DNA of 64,000 bases from a virus. The stretch lies in IMG/VR virus record IMGVR_UViG_3300003323_000540, positions 1-64,000 of that record. The stretch is one strand, 5' to 3'. Below the pieces are notes generated by a model. The model saw only the letters and a list, made by a program, of their open reading frames with translations. It had not been told where the DNA came from and made no database searches. The translations under genes and the position numbers were made by a program. This document shows, piece by piece, positions 57,618 through 64,000 of this stretch (positions are counted from its first letter, which is position 1; each line of letters starts with the position of its first letter).

Positions 57618-60004
57618 GCATCTTGCCAGAAACTTAATCCCCAAAATCTAACAGGGTGAATAATCTGCCCATAATTTCCTGAATCAGTGGCAAAAGTAAT
57701 GTCTCCAGTAGTAGCTATGGTTAAGGTACAAGCATATCCTACGGAACTACCTTGAGGAGCAACAACCGTATTAAATACAACTACATCCGCTGGCCTAAAT
57801 GCAAGTGGAAGTGTTCCTATAACACTTGCAGCGCCTATAGAAGTTATACCAGAATTTACATCACCTCTAAGGTGAACTAGATTTGTTAAAGAACACTGTC
57901 TAACTTGAAGCGTTCTAGTAATATTCTGCCAACCAGCTCCAGAATTTAACGGAACATTAGTCCATAGTCCTTGAGTCACTAAAGCATATCTGGTATCTAC
58001 TGTACTTGTATCTAATTTTGATAACGTAACATTGCTCGCTGCAATCTTTGCAGTTGTAACAGCACTGCTTTGCAATGCATTTGAATTAACACTATTATCT
58101 ACAACGTGTATTAGCGCATTCGGAACTAACCATTGATTTCCATCAAATTTAACTCTAAAGCAGAGATTATCATTTGCAATTTGATCTTGATAATAAGAGC
58201 TTGTAGAAGATATTTGAAATAAAATATGACCTACATTTCCTGGAGAAACATAATCTTCCGTTAAGTAGATACTGAATCCATTTAAATTATAATTACCATA
58301 GAAACGCAAGAAAAATTCATTACCATTCTTAGGTATTCCACCTCCGGGTTGATCGGTTCTAAAATTTAAATAAATGTTGCCAGTTAATGTAAATGTAGGG
58401 CCTCCTCCATCTGCAATAGAAGTATCATTATCATTAGTTATAACGACATAATTCCTTCTTGTTCCAACTACAAAATCAACCACAGGATTGGAATTATCAA
58501 GCGCTAAATATTCAACTCCTGCTATATCTCCAGATACTAACGTATCAATAATATTTGCATAAGAAGAACCATTTTCAATTAATGTAATTACTCCCGATGT
58601 GTAAGTTTGCTTTGCCGTTCCAATTAAAACTCCAGCTGGATTAAAAGCAGTTTCAATAAAATAACCTACTGCATTATCATCGGGAATAAGCGTTTCTTGA
58701 CTGTACCCTAAAAAGTTCTTATACCGATATGATATTACATATTGGCAAGCAGTTGACGCATAAACTGGAAGTAGTATCTTAACTTCTCCCTCATTTATGT
58801 TGAATTCAAATCTTTTCTCCGTTAATGTAGATTGGCCTGCTGGAACTTTTGCAATTATTTCAATCTTTTCAACTGGAGGAACTACATGAATTTCTTGAGT
58901 AGTATCTGTATACTCGTCAACATTGAGAGTATCTAAAATAAGATTGATTTGAAGAGCAGATATTGAACTTTGTTTTACAGTTGAATATTTTCCACTCTTT
59001 GTATAAATCCTCCATCCATCAAAATCTCCATCGGTAAAATCTGCCGTTGATTTATACTTTCCTCCATTACCACCAATTATTGTAACGCGGTTAGTACTTG
59101 AATCAATAGTCCAGTTGCTAGAGCGCATTCCCCAAGCAAGATAAACTATATTTTCAGCTCTAGTAGATCTTATGTTATTATACCTAGAACTTTCAATTCC
59201 TATTAAAGGATTGCTTGATTGAGCGACACTTGATAAAAAGTAACCATCTTTACTTTGATAAACATTCAATTGGCGTTTATCCTGAATAGTAATATTGCTA
59301 CCAGTTCTCTTTACTCTCGCTATAAGAAATTCTTTTCCAGATGTTAAAGCGGGTGGAGTATTTAAAGATACTTCTTGAACCAATGTTAATAAACATCCAT
59401 CATATTGGAATGGATATTTGCTTCCAGTTGGAATTGTTATTCCTGGAGTGAAAGAACCACGTACTACTAGGTACAGATTTGACTCTGCTAAAAAATTACC
59501 TTGTAGTACAGCATTCTCATCATCTATTACTTCTACAACTTGATATTCAGATGTATTTAAGCTTGCGCCTTGAAAGGTAACCCAAGATGGATTATTTGGC
59601 AATCCACGCAATATCTCTGTAAGATTTCCACCGGGAGCGGATAAGTTTCCATGAATATCTACACTCACTTGATAACTTATTTCTCTTACATCGTATTGAT
59701 GCGCCGCTTTTATCCAATACCAATTTGAATCATTTGCTAAATCAATGTTGTCAGTTGCTTTCCGATAAATTATTAATCCATCTTTATCAACTGCAAACCC
59801 TTCTTCATTCTTAATAGTACCAATATTTGTACCTTGACTAATTTGAAAGTTAGGCCAACTTCCATTGCTGGAATTATTAAACAATCCAAATGAAATAGAA
59901 TTTTGAAGAAACAATTCTCTAAATCCTTTTTCATCTAAAGACTGAATTAATCTATTAATTTCTTGGCTTTCTAAACAAAGATCCGGTACAATATTGATAT
60001 ACAT
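57614..60004 (-). CDS. large virion protein (tail fibre / baseplate-type)
   Basis: 796 aa, S/T/N/G-rich and beta-type sequence. Lies in a cluster with fibre-like and hydrolase genes. Confidence 0.5.
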   Translation of the reverse strand: MYINIVPDLCLESQEINRLIQSLDEKGFRELFLQNSISFGLFNNSSNGSWPNFQISQGTNIGTIKNEEGFAVDKDGLIIYRKATDNIDLANDSNWYWIKAAHQYDVREISYQVSVDIHGNLSAPGGNLTEILRGLPNNPSWVTFQGASLNTSEYQVVEVIDDENAVLQGNFLAESNLYLVVRGSFTPGITIPTGSKYPFQYDGCLLTLVQEVSLNTPPALTSGKEFLIARVKRTGSNITIQDKRQLNVYQSKDGYFLSSVAQSSNPLIGIESSRYNNIRSTRAENIVYLAWGMRSSNWTIDSSTNRVTIIGGNGGKYKSTADFTDGDFDGWRIYTKSGKYSTVKQSSISALQINLILDTLNVDEYTDTTQEIHVVPPVEKIEIIAKVPAGQSTLTEKRFEFNINEGEVKILLPVYASTACQYVISYRYKNFLGYSQETLIPDDNAVGYFIETAFNPAGVLIGTAKQTYTSGVITLIENGSSYANIIDTLVSGDIAGVEYLALDNSNPVVDFVVGTRRNYVVITNDNDTSIADGGGPTFTLTGNIYLNFRTDQPGGGIPKNGNEFFLRFYGNYNLNGFSIYLTEDYVSPGNVGHILFQISSTSSYYQDQIANDNLCFRVKFDGNQWLVPNALIHVVDNSVNSNALQSSAVTTAKIAASNVTLSKLDTSTVDTRYALVTQGLWTNVPLNSGAGWQNITRTLQVRQCSLTNLVHLRGDVNSGITSIGAASVIGTLPLAFRPADVVVFNTVVAPQGSSVGYACTLTIATTGDITFATDSGNYGQIIHPVRFWGLSFWQDA

Positions 60005-60007
60005 CTA

Positions 60008-60466
60008 TTACTGATTTACTTCTGCTTTACCTTTAACAACATCTTCAATAACTTCTTCTTTTGGTTCTGGATAGTCCGCGATTACAAAAGGAATGAAGAA
60101 CTCATACCATCCAAGCTCAAGATTCAATGACTCCAAATCTTTTGGATCAACTAAGAAAGGCTCTACTTCAACTGCTTTAGTATTTATTGCTCTTACTTCT
60201 TTTGTGAATTCTTGAACCTTAGTTGGGTCTGTTTGATATTCTCCTTTGTCATCTAATTGAAAAATACCATCCTTCACTACAGCATATTTAGCTCTTACAT
60301 CTGCAATTTGATCATTGTAACTTTCATAATCTTTATCCAATTTCTTAGACATTTTTTGAATTGCGTATGTTAGCTTTGATTGCTTTGTGCCACACGTATC
60401 AACGTATCGTTTTGAAATTAACCTAAAGGCTGCTACTTCTTTTAATGTTACTGCTACTTTTTCCAT
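60008..60466 (-). CDS. hypothetical protein (tail cluster)
   Basis: Preceded by a consensus TTTG-N19-TATTTTTG promoter. No motif recognised. Confidence 0.5.
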   Translation of the reverse strand: MEKVAVTLKEVAAFRLISKRYVDTCGTKQSKLTYAIQKMSKKLDKDYESYNDQIADVRAKYAVVKDGIFQLDDKGEYQTDPTKVQEFTKEVRAINTKAVEVEPFLVDPKDLESLNLELGWYEFFIPFVIADYPEPKEEVIEDVVKGKAEVNQ

Positions 60467-60486
60467 ATTTAAATTTTACTTTTTCT

Positions 60487-60517
60487 CAAAAATACTTATT
60501 CTCGTTTAAATCACAAA
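60487..60517 (-). promoter_or_regulatory. Bacteroidota-type promoter inside the tail cluster
   Basis: On the minus strand: TTTG (60517-60514), N19, TATTTTTG (60494-60487), 20 nt upstream of the ATG at 60466. Confidence 0.5.
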
Positions 60518-61323
60518 ATCACTGATTGCGGTTTAATTGTTATTTTTTTACCATTTTGAGTTGTTACTATTAAATTAATTCCATCGTAAACCATAGTTTG
60601 CATTGGATCACTTACTTGTTGATTCACGCCAAATTGATTATTAACCCATTGAAGTAATCCATCTTTTCCGGTAGTGACATCGTAAGCATAAGGCCAAACT
60701 ACATGCGCAATTCCTGGCACTGTTACCAAATTATAGCATGGGCAAACTAAACCATTAATAATTTGTGTTGGACGTCCAACATTATATAATTGTGCGGTTT
60801 GAACATCTTGAGCATAAGACATTTGTGTATCTTGATCGCCGTGAACACCATAAATTGGAACAGTTCTTACATTAGAGATGGGGCCGGAAGAGAAGTCATA
60901 AAATCCACAAACTGGAGCAATAAAATCAATATAGCTCTTAGTATCATTTGCTAAACAATACCAACATCCACGTCCCCCTAGAGAATAACCAGTAAAGCCT
61001 ACTTTAGATGCTTTTAAAGTTTCTTTTACATAAATAGCGGCGGTACTTTGAATTGCCCAATAATCAAATGTAGTAGGCAATTGGATAGCCAAGATATTAA
61101 ATGAAAATTCAAAACCTTTTACCGCTTGGGCAGTCCATGAGACTGGATTCTTATTTGAATCATACAACTCTACTTTGTTTATTTGAGATCCATCTACAGG
61201 GCCTAATTCACCTTGTCCAGGTAACCAAACCAACCAATTATCAGTTGGAGTTGATGAAAAATATTTTTTTGTTGGGAGGTTTCTACCTCCAATGTTTAAG
61301 ATTTCTAAGCTTCCTATTTTCAT
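60511..61323 (-). CDS. alpha/beta-hydrolase (esterase) in tail cluster
   Basis: FTGYSLGGRG is the GxSxG nucleophile elbow. VHGDQDT and GIAHVVW follow in Ser-Asp-His order. Confidence 0.6.
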   Translation of the reverse strand: MKIGSLEILNIGGRNLPTKKYFSSTPTDNWLVWLPGQGELGPVDGSQINKVELYDSNKNPVSWTAQAVKGFEFSFNILAIQLPTTFDYWAIQSTAAIYVKETLKASKVGFTGYSLGGRGCWYCLANDTKSYIDFIAPVCGFYDFSSGPISNVRTVPIYGVHGDQDTQMSYAQDVQTAQLYNVGRPTQIINGLVCPCYNLVTVPGIAHVVWPYAYDVTTGKDGLLQWVNNQFGVNQQVSDPMQTMVYDGINLIVTTQNGKKITIKPQSVIL

Positions 61324-61327
61324 ATCA

Positions 61328-62809
61328 TTAATAAATTAAAAATTCCAACACTTGCAATAATGCATTCCTTGTCCCACTATTCTTAATTGCTATATCTACA
61401 TTTCCAGATGACTCTGGCACACTAGTTATATATACATATTCAGTATTATTATAAGCAGAGTATTGTGTCACTGTAGTTCCATTCGCTGTTACTGAAATGG
61501 CAGTTTGCGCCGTCATTGCGTTATTATCATCATCAGCGGCATTATGATGATGATGAACTAAAATATCTACCTTCTTTCCAGTAGGAACATTTGTTATTCT
61601 AACAACACCGTTTGTCACAGATGCATTAACTAATGCACCGGAAATATTTGCTTGATAAACAAAACCCTTACTTTTTTGCTTTGCCGCATTCACATTAGAT
61701 GCATTTGCATCCGATCCAGAACTATCTAATTGTTGCTGCATTTTAACCCCAACTGTACTAGCGCCACCATTATCATTTACAATATTGGTAATAGCACTAT
61801 TAGTTGTAAGAGGTGATACAAATATATTATATCCAGTTCCAAGTGAACCGATTGAAGAATTTTGAAAAGACACTATGTATCTATTTCCTCCTTTATCAAT
61901 TGTTGATTTAAGAGTTGATAATCTACTTAATAGATTTGTTTTCGTTCCTCCAGCACTTAAATTATTTACCAGAATTAATGCTTCTCTATAATCTCTTACA
62001 TCTAAAGTTTTCTCTGCATATCCTACGTGAAGATCTGCCTGTTGAGTTGGGACTTTATGAAATTTCAATACCCATTCATATACATTATTCTTTTGCGTAA
62101 CTGGTGAATACACATTAGTATCCCATACGGCAGATGTATGTGCAAGGCCATAATAATAATTTGACCTTACAGCTGGACTTAAATCTATCCAAGATCCAGA
62201 AGCACCATTTGCTCTATATAACGTACCTCCGATTGTTCTACCAAAAGTGGTGTCTGCCGTTCCTTGATGATGCCATACTCCTATTCCAGATGCAGTAGAC
62301 CAAGCGCTATCTATAGCGGGGCCTGAAACGTGAACAGTTGCAGTTAAATTACTTTGTCTATTAATGAATATATCTTTCCCGCCTATTGCCCCACCGCTTA
62401 ATCCCATGTGTGAGATACGATTATTGTCTACACGATAATGAGCATTCATATAGGTAATTGAAGCATCCCATTCATTTACTCCATAATCTACATTAAAAAT
62501 TAAGTTTTCAGGAATAATTATTAAAGCTTTATTGAAAAAGAAATTACCAGCAAGTAAATATTGGCCTAATCCCTCTCCTGCATTATTTACATTATTAAAT
62601 GAGCCTCCAGATCTATCAGTAGATCCATATCCAGGCATAAATACAATAAGAGGCCAGTTACTCAAATCATTTTGATAGCCTACTGGAACGTATATCCATG
62701 CAAATCTACTTCCTGAATAAGTAACTTTTGTATAAGTTGCAGCGGAAAGAGGTGCCGCAGCTACTTGTTCTTTATTAAATATTGTTGCTGCAATTACTGC
62801 TGTATTCAT
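61328..62809 (-). CDS. alpha/beta-hydrolase domain fused to a beta-rich C-terminal domain (tail-associated)
   Basis: HMGLSGGAIGG (GxSxG), HHQGTADTT and GLAHTSAVW lie in the N-terminal 250 aa. The C-terminal 240 aa is S/T/N/G-rich. Confidence 0.55.
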   Translation of the reverse strand: MNTAVIAATIFNKEQVAAAPLSAATYTKVTYSGSRFAWIYVPVGYQNDLSNWPLIVFMPGYGSTDRSGGSFNNVNNAGEGLGQYLLAGNFFFNKALIIIPENLIFNVDYGVNEWDASITYMNAHYRVDNNRISHMGLSGGAIGGKDIFINRQSNLTATVHVSGPAIDSAWSTASGIGVWHHQGTADTTFGRTIGGTLYRANGASGSWIDLSPAVRSNYYYGLAHTSAVWDTNVYSPVTQKNNVYEWVLKFHKVPTQQADLHVGYAEKTLDVRDYREALILVNNLSAGGTKTNLLSRLSTLKSTIDKGGNRYIVSFQNSSIGSLGTGYNIFVSPLTTNSAITNIVNDNGGASTVGVKMQQQLDSSGSDANASNVNAAKQKSKGFVYQANISGALVNASVTNGVVRITNVPTGKKVDILVHHHHNAADDDNNAMTAQTAISVTANGTTVTQYSAYNNTEYVYITSVPESSGNVDIAIKNSGTRNALLQVLEFLIY

Positions 62810-62812
62810 AAT

Positions 62813-64000
62813 TTATACAGCATCTAATTGAATCCAATATTCTACTCCATTAATCCAAACTCTTAATTTGTGACTAGGAGTAAATGTGCCTACTGTTTCC
62901 ACCGCTTGTTGCGTTAAAAATGCAAGTGTGCCATTTGACGAACCAAGACTTGAATCTTGACTCCATATTGCTATTGCGCCTGTAGATCCGGCTGGGAAAT
63001 TTGCAGTTCTCTTTGTAATTCCTAAGTATGGGCCACCATTAGATCCACCAGTACCTTGAGTTAAAAACCATGATTCACCTTTTAATGTCCCTGTGGTTCT
63101 TCTACTATCAATACTTATAGCTCCATCACTTCCAGTTCCAAGGGAAACGCCCGATGTAATTGATACATTTCCGCCATTTCCATTACCCGCAGATTGATAA
63201 GCGCTACCACCAACTAACGATAAAATATCACCGCTATTATTAGTAGAATTACCGGGAGATGACTTAATTGAAAAAGTTCCATCTGTAGTAGTTTTTGTAT
63301 GAATAATAGATGGCCCTGTATGTCCAGCAGATATAACAATATTACTAGCCTGACCAACTTCATATAATCTGAATGAATTTACATCTGCCTGCAAATAGCC
63401 AATTCCTTTTGTGGTAATTTGCAAACCTATATCAGTTGCTGAACCAGCAACTAGTAAAGTTCTAAAAGTACCACTTAAGCTAGAATCACCAAAAGTTAAA
63501 TCACCATTATTTGGTATAAACAACTTACTTGATACGGCATTGGTGCCATCCGACTTCATTAATTCATTAGCAGCTGCACCATTTGTTACACTAGTAGTAT
63601 TAGTTCCATTCCATAAATACCAATCATCAATTGCTCTTTGTTCAGCAATCATAATAGTATTTTGTCCAGCGCCATTTAAATTGCCAGCAGAAGATCTTAT
63701 ATTAACATTAAGTCCAGCAACTACACTAGTCAAACCTGTTCCGTATTGAATAATTGGAATTTTGCATCCAACATTTAATGCCACAGATGAATGTGGTGGA
63801 ATAGTTACAGTGTTTGCAGTTGAAAGATTCATTTCAATTGGCTTATCTGCATCGTCGCCTGCTTGTAAGGTATAGTTATTAGTTTTTAATGCACTATGAG
63901 TCCAATATAAACCAGCACTAGAATTAATAGTTTGATTTGGCCAAGTACCTGTGATTGTAATATTATTACCAGCTGTTAATGTTGGAGTTGTTGTTCCAGT
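62813..64000 (-). CDS. Gly/Ser/Thr-rich tail fibre protein, 5' end outside the window
   Basis: The frame of track ORF 62813..63832 stays open for 56 more codons to position 64000 (TGTTTPTLTAGNNITITGTWPNQTINSSAGLYW...). The true start is therefore probably beyond the right edge. Confidence 0.55.
   Translation of the reverse strand, partial: TGTTTPTLTAGNNITITGTWPNQTINSSAGLYWTHSALKTNNYTLQAGDDADKPIEMNLSTANTVTIPPHSSVALNVGCKIPIIQYGTGLTSVVAGLNVNIRSSAGNLNGAGQNTIMIAEQRAIDDWYLWNGTNTTSVTNGAAANELMKSDGTNAVSSKLFIPNNGDLTFGDSSLSGTFRTLLVAGSATDIGLQITTKGIGYLQADVNSFRLYEVGQASNIVISAGHTGPSIIHTKTTTDGTFSIKSSPGNSTNNSGDILSLVGGSAYQSAGNGNGGNVSITSGVSLGTGSDGAISIDSRRTTGTLKGESWFLTQGTGGSNGGPYLGITKRTANFPAGSTGAIAIWSQDSSLGSSNGTLAFLTQQAVETVGTFTPSHKLRVWINGVEYWIQLDAV

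Noticed and set aside
61544-61555. Run of four His codons (VHHHHNAADDDNN) in the 493-aa tail-associated hydrolase, as a possible engineered tag
   Set aside because: There are only four residues, they are internal to the protein, and they sit in a natural-looking N/D/H-rich loop. There is no vector-like flanking sequence.
2005-63749. All other plus-strand track ORFs (for example 2005..2298, 8532..8876, 20649..20993, 25510..25848, 29804..30115, 36013..36348, 44213..44500, 50146..50451, 53094..53387, 63411..63749)
   Set aside because: Each is nested antisense within a longer minus-strand ORF that has recognisable motifs or tight operon packing. None has a motif, promoter or independent support.
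1-64000. CRISPR arrays, tRNA/rRNA genes, integrase/repressor lysogeny module
   Set aside because: I saw no regularly spaced direct repeats. The few non-coding gaps (970-1326, 2387-2512, 28788-28918, 31771-31908, 38470-38608, 39200-39370, 55742-55999) showed no T-loop (GGTTCGAATCC-like) or cloverleaf candidates. No tyrosine or serine recombinase motifs were found. By-eye scanning cannot fully exclude a tRNA.

Overview
This window is an AT-rich, very gene-dense stretch of a tailed dsDNA phage genome. It holds about 110 ORFs with many ATGA/TAATG start-stop overlaps, and every convincing gene except one (57147..57617) is on the minus strand.

Host inference: starts lack Shine-Dalgarno sequences, and several intergenic gaps carry TTTG-N17-19-TAnnTTTG elements, the Bacteroidota sigma-A promoter consensus. 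I therefore infer a Bacteroidota (Flavobacteriia-like) host. No integrase, repressor, tRNA or CRISPR array was seen.

Gene order, read along the minus strand (right to left):
- 64000-57614: tail-fibre cluster with two alpha/beta-hydrolases.
- 57147..57617 (+): a single opposite-strand lipoprotein Zn-protease gene.
- 57065-39371: replication and repair module. It contains Endo VII, a LAGLIDADG endonuclease, a DnaB-like helicase, an RNA ligase + polynucleotide kinase + metallophosphoesterase cassette, primase, a LemA/membrane/ATP-grasp module, DnaE, an ECF-like sigma factor, a dNMP kinase and a MazG-like protein.
- 39200-39370: an intergenic DnaA-box/iteron cluster.
- 38469-29770: recombination genes (gp32-like SSB, SbcD/SbcC-like, HNH, RuvC-like) and a full-length sigma-70 factor.
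- 28787-24439: small early-type ORFs.
- 24442-15116: lysis and nucleotide genes (glucosaminidase, RNase HI, UvrD-like helicase, AAA+ ATPase, MazG-like, ThyX-like, GIY-YIG endonuclease).
- 15108-2513: packaging and head genes (TerS-like, TerL, portal, MuF-like), interrupted by accessory genes.

The most unusual candidates are the split Pnkp-like RNA-repair cassette with an extra AEP-like ORF, the LemA/Cys-rich membrane/ATP-grasp module chained to dnaE, and the CPBP-protease membrane island between portal and MuF. The DnaA-box cluster, the two phage sigma factors and the opposite-strand metzincin-like lipoprotein are also notable.

All functional calls come from motifs read by eye. No similarity search was possible.
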